DNA from: the human T2T-CHM13v2.0 reference genome, Homo sapiens | Strand: one strand, 5' to 3' | Assembly: GCF_009914755.1 (NCBI RefSeq) | Contig: NC_060932.1 | Length of the DNA stretch: 64,000 bases | In this document: one piece after another, positions 1 through 14,570 of the stretch | How positions within the stretch are numbered: position 1 is the first letter of the stretch | How the letters are laid out: every line of letters starts with the position of its first letter | The notes under the pieces: generated by a model | Seen by the model: the letters and a program-made list of their open reading frames with translations, nothing else | Told to the model about the DNA's origin: nothing | The model's database searches: none | Program-made: the position numbers and the translations under genes

Positions 1-490
1 CTGCACGTAATTATAAATATCAGAGCGATATGTCGTCAGTATCACAGTGTGTAAACACTGCACATAATTACAAATATCAGAGCGATATGTCACCAATATC
101 ACAGTGTGTAAACATTGCGTGTAATTACAAACATCAGAACGATATATTGTCAATATCACAGTGTGTAAACACTGCGTGTGATTACAAATATCAGAGTGAT
201 ATATTGACAGTATCACAGTGTGTAAACACTGCATGTAATTACAAATATCAGAGCGATATACCGTCAATATCACAGTGTGTAAACACTGTGCATAATTACA
301 AATTTCAGAGCGAGGGAGCGATGTATCACCAATATCACCGTGTGTAAACACTACATGTAATTACAAATATCAGAGCGATATGTCATCAATATCACAACGT
401 GTAAACACTGAGTATTATAAATATCAGAGTGATATTTCATTAATATCACAGTGTGTTTTCACTGGATATTAGAATATCAGGGTGATATTT
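1..490. repeat. 57-bp tandem repeat (satellite/minisatellite, SATR-like), about 8.5 copies, truncated by the window start
   Basis: Units start at 1, 58, 115, 172, 229, 286, 351 (preceding unit carries an 8-nt insert) and 408, then degenerate. Consensus is about CTGCRYGTAATTACAAATATCAGAGCGATATRTYRTCAATATCACAGTGTGTAAACA. The SATR family call is by resemblance only. Confidence 0.92.
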
Positions 491-579
491 TATTAATTTT
501 TTTCATTAAATTTTTTAAGTGATGTAAAGAATTTAGGGAATTTATCACCTCCCATAGATATTCGGGTGCTAATTAATAG

Positions 580-790
580 TAAGAACCTGAACTTTTAGAT
601 CGGACTGCCTGGGTTCAAATTCCAGTTGTACTATGTGTGACCTGGGTCAAGTTGCTGAACCTCTCTTCTCTTCATTTCCTAATCTGTGTAATGAGAATGA
701 TATGATTAATATCTACCCCATGTGGCTATTATGACCAGTATGAGAATTAAATGAGCTCAGAAACTGCCTAGACTATTTGGCTCAACTGTT
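580..790 (+). mobile_element. MIR SINE fragment
   Basis: MIR core-like 'ctgggttcaaattccag...tgtgtgacctgggtcaagttgctgaacctct...atctgt...aatg'. Confidence 0.7.
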
Positions 791-2829
791 GGATTTTACT
801 GGATACGTACTTAGAAAGCAACAATGGGGGTACTCCAAGTTGCTCACCATGACACATCGCTCCTCATTATTTTTCTATTGTTGTAGCACCTCTTTCCTTC
901 TAATATACTGTAGAATTGAATTATTTATTACATCTATAATTCTTTGCCTGCATTCATCACTCCAAGAGTACGGGGCTCTTTGTTTTGTTCACGGACATAT
1001 GCCAAGCAGTTTATCAGAGTCTGGCACATAGTAGGTACTAAACAAATATTTGGTACTGAATAAATTTGCTGTCATAATTTCCTTGACATTCGTAGAAACT
1101 TCAACTCTTAAGACTGCCAGAAATTTTAAAGGACAGCACATTCATTCAATAACCTCGTGTCAAAGACGTATTCTGTGACTGGTGTACAAGGCACCTGGTA
1201 TACAAAATGACTAATGCACTATTTGTGATCAAGAAGCAAACCAAGCTCAAAAATGAAGCATTTCAATACAATAAACAGTAATAGATTTAAGAACAAAATG
1301 AGGATTGAAAAGGAGAGAGTGTAAATCTCTCCAGGAGAGTCAGAGACGACTGAGTTGGGATAAGAGGTGTTCCCCAGGCAGAGAGTGCAGGGTACAGACA
1401 AACAGAGCAACAGCATGAAGCAGAACCAGGAAAGAACACAGTGTGTCTGGGAGACATAGAGCAGTGTAGGGTGCTCGTGATGGGGAAGATTTATTACCGT
1501 GATTATTGGCTGAGATGTCCTCAGTTCTGCAAGGACCATGTTTGTGATTATAGGCGTTAACAAAGATTGGTTTGGTTTGGTTTCAATCAGGCATGACTAA
1601 ATACTGAGAAATGGGATATCAGTGAGGCGCTGGGACCATGCAAACAGAGGCCAGACTGTCAGCAGCAGGTACGCCAAGATCAGAACTCAAAAAATACAAA
1701 GAAATAAGAGTCAGAGGAAATCCTGGGCAAGATATCAAGGCGATGACAATGGCTCTCTTCTGTGTGGGGGTCCAAAAAAATATAAAAGTGTTTTATGAAA
1801 GAAAAAAGAAAATGCTTATGGGTCTGTCAGAACAACCAGACTGGCCAAAGCTGGGATAACTTCAGAAGAAAAGCAGAGGAGCCTTGGGCCAGAGGAGAGC
1901 CTAGCTAAGTAGCCCCACAAGAGCAATCGCATTGAGGAGGATTTCCTGTTAATCCAGCACCACCCCCACTGTTATGGCTGGATATTATCATAACCTTGTT
2001 TTATATTTTTTAATACTTACATCACCTAGTTATCTAAGTATAACTCATTTCCACAATGTGAATACAATTTTTCTCAATAAATCATTTTGACATCTCTGAA
2101 TCTCAGGTTAAACAGTCTCTCCTATTATTAAAAAGAGGAGCCTGAACCAAGTGAACTTATCATTGCAGTCACCATCTTAGTGTCCAGAGAGAGCAAACCA
2201 GCAAACTTCAACTATCCCTGACTAAGCGTAGTACCAACCCCTTCAAAGGCCCGGCAATGCACTGAAAGCCAGGTGAGCCTGCTGACGACACAGTAACAAG
2301 AAGGCCAGAGTTTATTGAATCACAGAATAATTCAATGGTAGGCTAGCACTGGGCTTTAATGAGCATCGCGTCCAGCCTTCTCACTCTGGGACCTTATGAT
2401 GTTCGTTACCCGGCTAACTAGTAACTCTTACTACGCTGCCACGTTGTCTCGAGCAAGACAAGGCAGTTGTTTTAGTGAGTTCAGGAAAATAAAAAAAATT
2501 TCAAAAACTTCAAACTTCAAACCAGTTACTTTGTATACAAAATAATGAGTTGGTTGATTAATTTTTCCATCTTTATAATTGCTCTTCTTGGCACAGAATG
2601 AATCTATAATATGATCATTTTCATAGGAAAATGGAATGGATCATATTAAAAATCATGTTTATATATATCCTTGATGATCTTTATGCCAAGTTTCTTAAAG
2701 GCAGAGCATTTCAACAAACACACCAATGAGAATATTTTCAGGTTTACAATTGCAAAATGGTGTATGTAGTTTGCAATTATTTCCTATTCTTCTAAAACTA
2801 GTAAAAGTTGTATAACGCAGATAGTAGCA

Positions 2830-3036
2830 TACAGGGCCAAGCACAATATCTTGTAAAGGGCCGAATAGTAACTATTTTCTGGTTTTCAGCCCATATGGTC
2901 TCTACAGCAACTGCTCAACTCAGCCATCACAGCACAAAACCAACCGTGGACAGTATGTCAGCGAAGAGGCTGTGTTCCAATAAAACTTTATTTACAAAAA
3001 CAGGCAGCAATTGGATTGTTTGCCAACTCCTAATCT
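2830..3036. mobile_element. MER58-like hAT DNA transposon relic
   Basis: 'ctgtgttccaataaaactttatttacaaaaacaggcagc' is typical of MER58. Confidence 0.65.
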
Positions 3037-3067
3037 AGATCATGTGTCATGTTTTTCTGTCTTAACA

Positions 3068-3069
<2 letters not shown>

Positions 3070-3138
<69 letters not shown>

Positions 3139-3398
3139 TTTTTGAGTCAGAATCTCGCTCTGTCTCCCAGGCTGGAGTGCAGTGGCGCGATCTCAGCTCA
3201 CTGCAAGCTCCGCCTTCTGAGTTCACGCCATTCTCCTACAGGCACCCGCCATCAAGCCCGGCTAATTTTTTTGTCTTTTTAGTAGAGACGGGGTTTCACC
3301 GTGTTAGCCAGGATGGTCGCAATCTCCTGACCTTGTGATCCGCCCGCCTCGGCCTCCCAAAGTGCTGGGATTACAGACGTGAGCCACCTCGCCCGGCC
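3070..3398 (-). mobile_element. AluY-like element with (TA)n microsatellite at its tail and a short internal deletion
   Basis: Diagnostic 'ctgcaagctccgcct...ttcacgccattctcc'; TSD ctgtcttaaca on both sides; (TA)n at about 3070-3120. Confidence 0.9.
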
Positions 3399-3624
3399 TG
3401 TCTTAACAATATTATCTTAAAGTGAATTTTATATCAGGACGTTAGAGAGGTCTCATTTTTAAAGGAATATATAGTAAGATACTATATGGATGTATCATGA
3501 TTTATTTAGCCAATCCTATAATGATGGATATTTTGGTTGTTTTCCAGTTTTTTGCTATTATAAATATTTGCTACAGTGAATTACATTTTACATATTTCTG
3601 TGTTCACATGTATGAATATATATG

Positions 3625-4275
3625 TTTTTTTTTTTTCAGAGATGGGGTCTTGGCAGGGCACGGTGGCTTGTACGTGTAATCCCAACACTTTGGGAGGCCA
3701 AAGTGTGCGGATTGCTTGAGTCCAGGAGTTCCAGACCAGCCTGGCCAACATGGTGAAACACTGTCTCTACTAAAAATACAAAAATAAGTTGGGCATGGTG
3801 GCTCGCACCTGTAGTCCCAGCTACTCAGGAGGCTGAGGTGGGAGGATTTCTAGAGCCTGGGAGGCAGAGATTGCAGGGAGCCAAGATCTTTGCCACTGCA
3901 CTCCAGCCTAGGTGACAGAGGGAAACCCCATCACAAAAAAACGAAAAAAGAGATGGGGTCTCCTTCTGTCACCCAGGCTGAAGTGCAGTGATGCAATCAC
4001 AACTCACTCCATCCTTGAACCCCTGGACTCAAGTGATCCTCCCACCTCAGTCTCCCAAATATTGGACCATGCAATAGCCACTAGCCACACATGGATATTG
4101 AGCACTTCAAATTTAGATAGTACTCAACAGGCACCACCATGCAGGGCTTTTTTTTTTTTTTTTTTCCTGTAGGGACAAGGTCGCACTATGTTACCCAGGC
4201 TGGTCTCAAACTTCTGGCCTCAAGCGATCCTCCCACCTCAGCCTCCTAAAGTCTTAGGATTATAGGCATGAGCCA
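3625..4275 (-). mobile_element. Old AluJ-like element (-) interrupted by a nested Alu (+, about 3652-3948)
   Basis: 13-bp TSD agagatggggtct at 3638-3650 and 3949-3961 flanks the inner Alu. Confidence 0.85.
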
Positions 4276-4619
4276 GCCAAATATGCATGTTGAATAAATT
4301 CATAAAATTGCAAGCATACAAGTTTCATCAATATTGCCAAATTTCCCTCCAATTTTCATACCCCTCCAACAATGTATGAGAAAAAATGTTCTAGTTTCAC
4401 ATAGCACTATGTTGGTATAGAAGGAAATTTGAGATCCAACTTTATTATTTTACAGTTCCACATACGAGTGCTCAGTTGTCCCAAGATAATTTATTAATTA
4501 TATTGTCTTCACCCACTAATTTAAAACGTTATCTTATTAAAGGCTTCTACCTTTTATAGCAGCCAAGAAAAATGTTCCCTATTGACATATTTAATAAAGA
4601 ATTTAAAATCTGAATGTCA

Positions 4620-4923
<304 letters not shown>

Positions 4924-5327
4924 TCATTTTCACCAAAGCTACCTTTCTTACTCCCCTACTCAAATCTAGGAGTGAGCAATTTTATTTTGAAGTTGTATTA
5001 TATCAAGCTATATAAGGGATATGGAAATCAATTTAGATAAACATATTATCCATGATCTAATTTTGAAAACATCACAACTAGCTGTTGATACCATAAGCGT
5101 GAGAAGCAAGTAGTTACATGTGTATGTTTTTATTAAAGTACTACTATGTTGTCCCATCCATCTCCAAAATTCTGCAGTTCTATGTAAAGATTTGTACCCA
5201 CAACCCTGAGATTATGTCAAAGTCAGTTGGAGAGAAGAAACCCTTCTCTGGGTCATTTGCCCTATGGCAGCTGATATTGAATAATGCAAAGCACAAAGAT
5301 GACGGATTATCAAGGGTCATTCTGTAT

Positions 5328-5645
5328 CTGCACTGTCCATTATACATACTGAATATTGGACCATGCAGTAACCAGTAGCCACATGCAGATACTGAGCACT
5401 TGAAATTTGGATAGTCGAAATTGAAATGGGCTGTAAAATACACACCAAATTCATAAGACAGTATGAAAAAATAATATAAAATATCTCAATAATTTCATAT
5501 TGTTTACATTTTGAAATGCTAAAATTTTTGATATATTTATTAGATAAAATGTATTATCAAAATTAATTTGACTCTTTTTTTGTAATATGACTACTAAAAA
5601 ATTTATAACCACAATCATGGTTATGTTATAGTTCTATCAGACAGA
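5328..5645. mobile_element. MER33/MER3-like hAT DNA transposon relic
   Basis: 'ctgcactgtcc...tagccacatg...tgagcacttgaaat' motif. Confidence 0.6.
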
Positions 5646-5651
5646 GCTATT

Positions 5652-6396
5652 GTTTTTTTTTCTTTTCAACTTTTATTTTAGGTTCAGCAGGTACATGTGC
5701 AGGTTTGTTACATGGGTAAATTGTGTGTAACAGAGGTTTTGGGTACAGATAATCTTTTATTTTAGGTTCAGCAGGTACATGTGCAGGTTTGTTACTTGGG
5801 TAAATTGTGTGTAACAGAGGTTTGGGGTACAGATAATTTTGTCATCCAGGTAATCAGCATAGTACCCAATAGCTGGTTTTCCATCCTCACCCTCCTCCTA
5901 TCCTCCATCCCCAGATAGGCCCTGGTGTCTATTGTCCCTTTCTTTGTGTCCATGTTTAGCTCCCACTTAAAAGCGAGAACATGCAGCATTTGGTTTTTTG
6001 TTTCTGATGAATTTGCTTAGGATAATGACCTCCACCACCATCGATGTTGCTGCAAAAGACATTATTTCATTTGTTTTTATGGCTGTGTAATATTCTGTGG
6101 TGTATATGTACCACAGTTTCTTTATCCAGTCCACCACTGATGGGCATCTAGGTTGATTCCATGTCTTTGCTATTGTGAATAGTGCTGCGATGAATATTCA
6201 TGTGCATGTGTCTTTATGGCAGAATGATTTCTATTCCTTTGGGTATACACCCAGTAATGGGACTGCTGAGTCAAATGGTAGTTCCATTTTAAGTTCTCTG
6301 AGAAATTTCCAGACTGCTTTCCACAGTGGCTGAGCTAATTTACATTCCCACCAGCAGAGTATAAGTGTTCCCTTTCTCCACAAACTTGCCAGCATC
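5652..6396 (-). mobile_element. 5'-truncated L1 (L1PA/L1PB-like) 3' end
   Basis: L1 3'UTR/ORF2-end sequence; 15-bp TSD tcagacagagctatt at 5637-5651 and 6397-6411. Confidence 0.88.
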
Positions 6397-7418
6397 TCAG
6401 ACAGAGCTATTTTACATGATTCACACCAACAGAAATTGGAACTTCAGTATATGGCTTAGAGGATTAGCTGTGACTTCCTAAAAGTTCTTAAACCTTCCTA
6501 AAAGTTCAGCATGGATAGTGGAAATCACAATGCACTAGGAGGAAAGAGTATTATTCACTCCGCAAATACAGATTGAGTACCAATTATTGCCAGAAAGAGG
6601 CTTGGCATTGAATCAGGGTTATAGAGTCCTAGATGACCACATACCCTTGACCTGGTTGAGGCATTAAATTTCTCTAAGCCTCAAGGCATCATCTGTAAAA
6701 TTGGCTTCTGCTCAAAGAAAAGGAATTGGAATGGATGCACTCCTGAAATTGTTTTCTACATTAAGATCTATGATTCTGTACATATTTCAATTTCATAATC
6801 AAGGTCTCTAACTGAATATAAAACTACATTAGAAAAGCTTATATCGTAAACTTACATACCACATTTGTACATATAATTTACTATGAGCATTTTCTCTCAG
6901 CATGTAAATATATTTGCTTAGTGTTTAAAACATTTAAAGCAATAAGATTCTGTCATCAATGGTAAGCTAAAAAGAGAGATACAATTAAATAATCTACATG
7001 CCATATTTTGACATCAGTTTTATTTGGGGGCACATAGACTTTTATTTTCATTCATTTATTTAATGCTTAGTTAATGAGCATAAGGCAAAGTGTCATGTAG
7101 GATAAAACATCTATAAATGTGGTCCCTATTCATGAATGATTTATTTCTGTGAAGCTTCCCCAACATCCCTGACTAGAGTTACTCCTGAAGGTAGATTTAG
7201 TTACTTCACTGTCCATGCTTCCATTACAGCACTCAACAATGCTATTGTCATTTTTCTGTTACATTTTTGCTTCATCTCTAGGCTATAAACTCATTAGCAA
7301 AGGAATTCTCTTATTCATCTTTCAACCTAGAACTTCCTATGTATCTGCCATGTAGGACAAGCTCATTAGAGACTTGACATAAGACTATTACAATCACCAA
7401 TAAGAACTATTGGCCAGG

Positions 7419-7714
<296 letters not shown>

Positions 7715-8325
7715 CTACCATCACCAATAATGGAGAGATGGACAACACGTGCCTCTCCAGATGTGATATCCTGAGAATGGCACAATATTAACTATGCAGA
7801 ACCCTGGCCAAGAATGCATAACTCCAACTTATTGTAAGAAAACATCAGACAAGGACAAAATGATGAAAATTCTACCATATAAATTTCTTTCTTAGAAAGT
7901 CAGTTGGGGAGGATAGAAACTATATTTTTATAAAATATCAATGACATAAAAGACAAAGGAAGGCTGTGAAAATGTTTCATATTAAAAGAAGCTGAAGAGA
8001 CATGACAAATGCAATAACTTACCCTAGACTGGATTTTTTTTGCTGGAGGGGAAAAATGCTATCAAGAACATTATTAGGTCAGTGAACAAAATTGGGATAT
8101 GAATGGTAGATTAAAGTATTGCATTTTAGATGAGATACATGCATCCAAAAAAAGAAAAAGTATATTTTAAAAAAGTATTATACCAATGTAAACTTATAAA
8201 ATTGGTAGCTTCATTGAGGTTATGCAAGAATATTCCTTTTCTTATAAAATATACATGGAAATACTTAAGAGTAAAGGACTATAATATTTGTAACCTTCAA
8301 ATGGTTCAGTAAAAAATTATACACA

Positions 8326-8357
<32 letters not shown>

Positions 8358-8596
8358 CTATGCATGCATACGCATAGAGAGCAAATGATAAAGCAAATGG
8401 GGTAAAATGTTAGCAATTCAGGAACCTAGGTAAAGGGTGTATGTTCCTTGTACTGTTTTTTATACTTGCAACTTTTGTTAAGTTTGAAATTATTTCCAAA
8501 TAAAATGTTTTTAAAAGGAACCAGAAATCATGTATTTTAAAAGATGTTCAACTTCACTACTATTCGAAGAAATGTGAATTAAAATATGAGAGAGTG

Positions 8597-8718
8597 GGCC
8601 AAGCAAGGTGGCTCACACCCATAATCCCAGAACTTTGGGAAGCAGAGGATCACTTGAGCCCAGGAGTTCAAGAACAGCCTGGCAATATAGTGAGACCCCA
8701 TCTCTAAAAATAGATAGG

Positions 8719-8762
<44 letters not shown>

Positions 8763-8787
8763 AAAATAGATGATAGACAGACACATA

Positions 8788-8830
<43 letters not shown>

Positions 8831-9030
8831 CAAAACCACATCCCTCCAAAAAAAATACATGTATACAAAAATTAGCTGAGCATAGTGGCAAGTGCCTGTA
8901 GTCCCAGTCACTCGGGAGGCTGAGATGAGAGAACCGATTGAGCCTGGGAAGTCAAGGCTGTAGTAAACTATGATGGCACCACTGCATTCCAGTCTAGATG
9001 ACAGAGTGAGATCCTATCTCAAAAAAAAAT
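8597..9030 (+). mobile_element. AluJ-like element whose linker has expanded into (GATA)n and (CA)n microsatellites (about 8711-8827)
   Basis: Left and right Alu arms separated by tagata/gata repeats, then (ca)n. Confidence 0.85.
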
Positions 9031-9411
9031 TACAATTAAAATTTTTTAAAAAAAATTCTAGCCAATAGAAATGAAATATTAATGTAAAAAATGACCATAA
9101 TAATACAGTGGCTGGTAGAGTAGCCATGTTGCCCGTTTGGCAGACTGTTCTTTGAGGTACCAGGATATTGTGCAGAAGAGGGTCTTAACAGGGCAGACCA
9201 AAGAGCCAGAGCTGGTAAGCCACATAGCAGTGGTCAGTGGAATGACTCACAATGAAGTATTCTGGGCTGTGAAGTCCAGAAGATCAGGGACTTTGACAAC
9301 AGGCAACTTTTGGAAAGCCAAGCAGAGGAGACTCTTCCAACGTTGTGGAAAGGGGATGTGATAGTGGAAGAATTTGTTGCGTGCTGACCTTCAGTATATG
9401 GTCTCTGACCT

Positions 9412-9695
9412 GGCAAGGTAGCTCAGGCCGATAATCCTGACCCTTTGGGAGGCCAAGGCGGGTGGATCTCTTGAGCTCAGAAGTTCAAGGCCAGCCTGGG
9501 CAACATGGCAAAACCCCATCTCTACAAAAATTAGCTGGGAGTGGTGGTGGTGCATACCTGTAGGATCAGCTACTGGGGAGGCTGAGGTGTGAAGACCGCT
9601 TGAGCCCAGGAGGTCAAGGTTGCAGTGAGCCATGATCTCCACTATATTCCAGCCTGGGAGATACAGTGAAACCCTGTCTCAAAAAAAAAAAAAAA
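9412..9695 (+). mobile_element. AluJ-like element
   Basis: Diverged Alu consensus with A-tail. Confidence 0.85.
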
Positions 9696-10139
9696 TATGA
9701 TCTCTAAGTAGCCTTGTCTATTGTACACAATCTCATTTTATGTGCATACATTCTGAAAAGAAACTTAAATAAAATTGTGCAATACTTTTTAAAAGAAATG
9801 TCTATGTGGTACCGACTAGCTCATTGTTGACAGTGGGGTATGTATCCATTGTAAGAGCTTATAGGAGCATGAATTCAGAATTCACCAATGTCTATCATAC
9901 AAATAGGAAGGTGTACTAATTCTCTAGATGTCGTTCCTCATCAAATAACAATAATGATGGAGCCAAAGAGTCCATGCCACAGTGGCTGAATTTGAGTCTA
10001 CATAATGAAGACTCTTGGATATTTTGTTCACAGGGACTGGATACAGAATCCAACAACCTGCTAGCTGAAAGTGGATTTGCTGATTTCCCATATCTTTCAG
10101 TGTATCCACTTTCAGTTACATGCCATCTTTCTGTGCCCT

Positions 10140-10528
10140 TGCTATGGTTTGAATGTGTCCCTCAAAGTTCATTTGTTAGAAACTTGATCTCCAATATGAT
10201 GGTGCTGGGAGGTGGGGCTTGATGGGAAGTGTTTGGGACACGGAGAGAGCACCATCCTTATGAATGGATTGATGTCATTATGTCAGGAGTGGGTTCGTTA
10301 TCACAGGAGTGGGTTCATTACAAGAGGGCAAGTTCAGCCCCTTTTCTCTTTCTCTACCACTCTCTCACCTTCCACCGTAGGATGATACAGCAAGAAGGCC
10401 CTCATCAGATGCCAGCACTTGCTCTTGAACTTCTCAGCCTTCAGAACTGTGAGAAATAAGTTTCTGCTCATTATAAAATACCCAGTGTTAGACACTATGT
10501 TATAGCAACAGAAAACAGACTAAGACAC
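10140..10528 (+). mobile_element. MST-type MaLR solo LTR
   Basis: Starts tgctatggtttgaatgtgtccc and ends agactaagaca; internal 'cagaactgtgagaaataa'. Confidence 0.8.
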
Positions 10529-10611
10529 ACCCATCATGGCATTTACCATACTTTGAGAAGCAGGAAGCCTGTTTAAGGAATCTACAAATTGGTAGGTGCA
10601 CCAGAAAATAC

Positions 10612-11053
10612 TACTGTCCATGTCAGATTCATTCTCCTCTTCTTCTTTATTAATAGGACCCCAATTTTATTCAGATAAACAATGTTCTTTGCTAAAAGAT
10701 CACATTTCCTAGCTTTCCTTGCAGCCAAATGTGACCATGTGGCTAATTTTGGCCAAGGATGTGTAAGCTGAGGTTGTGTGGGACTTTTAAAAGACTCCTT
10801 TAAAAGGAAACAGACCTTTAGGGAACACCCTTTTTGCTCTTAGCCTTTCCAAAAATTGGTGGAAACCAGAATTCTATATGTAATGGTATCTCGCTGCAAA
10901 ACAGAAAGAAGTCTACATTCTAGATAACTCTGTGGGGCCTACATAAAAGACGCGATGCCTACCTCTGTAAATCTTTGATGTGAGAGAAAAATAAATTTTG
11001 ATCTTGTCTAAGGCACTTGCATCCCTGTTATCTGCTGTTGAATGCAATTCCCA
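10612..11053. mobile_element. MLT1-type MaLR LTR (old, diverged)
   Basis: 'tttccttgcagcc...gtgaccatgtggctaatttt', 'gtgagagaaaaataaa'. Confidence 0.5.
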
Positions 11054-11727
11054 AAGAAGGAATGCCAGAATATTATCTATTTAAAAAACGAAAACTTTTC
11101 TCAAGGCAGACCTGACAACACAGAGCTAGCTGGGTGTCCAAAGTGACCAGTTCAGTGCCTGTTTCCACTGTTTCTAACAACTCCAGCATTCCTGGAGCAA
11201 AGGGTGCAAAAATGAAGATCAGGATAGGGTCAAAAACACTTTTGTGATTGAGGATTTTAGTCTTATTTCTAGGCCTATACTTTAGAGAACCATCTGTGAG
11301 ACTAATGGGAGGGAAAGAAATTATACATAGGGCCCCAAATTATCAGGGAAGGGACATATTACTAAACCAATGGTACCAGGGGAAATTACCATTTAGAGAT
11401 ATCACATAACACTGTTCCCTCCCAACTTACAACAAAATAACTTTTGGTTGGATTTAAAAGTTAATTGCATAAAACAAAATCTTACAAATGCTATAGGGGA
11501 GAAAAAGTGAACATTTAACTGATATCAATTTGAAACAGCATTTTCAAAATATAAAAGGCAAATTACAACAGAAAATATTACCACTAAAAAGGACTGCATC
11601 AATTTAATAATCTGCTAGTTTGAAAGCATAAATTTAAGAGGCAAATTACAAATTGGACAAAATATTTTAGCAAATATGTGTTCAACAGAAATTTATTGAC
11701 CGTCTAGTACATATAAGAACTGCCCAG

Positions 11728-12220
11728 TGCCAGGCACAGTGGCTCATGCTTGTAATCCCAACAATTTGGGAAGCTGAGATAGAAGGATTACTTGAGGTCA
11801 GGAGTTTGAGACCAGCCTGAGCAACATAGTGAGACCCCATCTCCACAAAAAATACAAAAATTAGCTGGGTTTGGTAGCACCAGCCTACAGTCCCAGCTAC
11901 TGGGGAGGTTGAGGCGGTAGGCTTGCTTGAGCCCAGAAGTTCAAGACTGCAATGAGCCAAAATCGCAGCACTGCACTCCACCCTGGCAACAGAGCAAGAT
12001 CCTGTCTCCAAAAAAAAAAAGACATTGGAGACTACAAGAAGGAAGAAGGAGGGAGGGAGGAGAAGAAAGGGTTGAAAAACTACTTATTGGGTACTATGCT
12101 AGCTACCTGGGTGAGGGGTTCAGCCATACTCCAAACCTCAGCATCATGCAATATAACTTTGTAACAAACCTGCACATGTACCCCCAGAATCTAACTAAAA
12201 GTTGAAAAATGAAAAAAAAA
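11728..12220 (+). mobile_element. AluJ-like element (about 11728-12020) followed by an L1 3'-end fragment (about 12021-12220)
   Basis: Alu consensus, then 'gttgaaaaactac...aacaaacctgcacatgtacccc...aaaagttgaaaaa'. Confidence 0.8.
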
Positions 12221-12370
12221 AGTGCCCTAGTTCCTGGGCATCCAGTGGTGAACAGTGCAGCCACATCTGCAGAGATGCAATCTACAATCTTAGTGACAGG
12301 CACAAGTAGTGCTCATTACCAATCAAGTATTTACTTAGAACTGTGATCAGTGCTACAGAGGAGAATATGA

Positions 12371-12825
<455 letters not shown>

Positions 12826-14173
12826 TAAAAGTTTGAAGTACACTGTCATTTTTAAAAATGAAAAAATATATTTTTATATAACATTATCTGGATTAAAAAG
12901 TAAATGTTTCTGAAAATTATGTAAATGCTTCAGTTAGTAGATCTAGACATATTCTGATAAATTACTAAAACTTCTTACTTCACGGTATTTGTAAACACTG
13001 TATTTATTAGATTCTCTAACTACCAGAATGAGAAGTATTTGTAAAAACTGATGATCTGAAGAAACGTTACTTTCTTCCCATTCAGCTAATTCTGTATGTT
13101 AAAGTGCATAAACGTGTCTCCAGCAGAAGAAAAATGTATTATCTCACACAGATGATTTTAGAATTTCGCTACCTTAGGTCAAAAGTATAACAGCCCAATG
13201 AGCTATAGATTTATCTCAGTTTTTTCTTACTGTGATATTCTATTGTTAAAAAGATACACATATTGTTTCAGTGACCAGTGCAGCTAGCAGTCAAAATGGA
13301 TGCTTTCAACTCTACTCAGCAAGCTAGCTATTCCCAAAACAATCTTGAGAGAATAGTTCAGTAAGGAATTTGGAGTTTTCAGTTTAAAATGATGTCTAGC
13401 TGTTCCTTGGAGAACTGGCTAATTTCAATTCTTGAGCAGAAAAGTTACAAGGTGACCCTAACACATCTTGTACCAAAACACAGGACAAATTTAAGAAAAA
13501 TGGAAATGTGTCAACACCAGTGCCAGCTGGATGGGCTCCCACCAGCCAACTCTTGGATAATCGGAGCATCAAAAAGAATAATAATTGCAATTGGTTGTCA
13601 TACACTGATTAAGTTAAAAATTCAACTGCTCACTTAAAATATCTGAAAACTCAGAAAAAGAGAAAACTCATACCAACGTTGAAAATAAAGAAAAAATGGA
13701 TGTGGGTCGAATGATGAAGCCAAAATGTAAATTACAGTTGATTGCTAATACACACTTTTCTAGTTGAGAAAGATAATCTTCTAGTCCAAAGGACAGAGAA
13801 AAAAACTTATAAAATGAACCAAAATAGAGTAGTTTGAGTATTTTTATATTTTTCTCAAAAAAAATAATTTTTATATCTAATTGTATCCTTTTTTAAAATT
13901 AGTGTGACCAGTAAATAAAACTAATGGGCCATGAGTAGAACATAGATAGTCTGCCCTTACATGGAAGAATGACTTAGTTAACATTCACTGAGCACTGGTT
14001 ATGTTCTAGGCATTATGAAAAATGTCTTATACACATTATTTCATTTCATCTTCACATCCACACGAGATAGGCACCATTACTGTCTCCTTTTTGCAAATGA
14101 GAAAACAGGAATCTGTACAACGAAAAATCAGTAACTATAGTAATTGATAACTACTAGTAATAATAGTAGTTGT

Positions 14174-14570
<397 letters not shown>

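Noticed and set aside
1-490. CRISPR-like array or 105-aa repeat protein (ORF 30..347)
   Set aside because: Units are contiguous with no unique spacers, the context is eukaryotic with no cas genes, and the ORF simply follows from a unit length divisible by 3.
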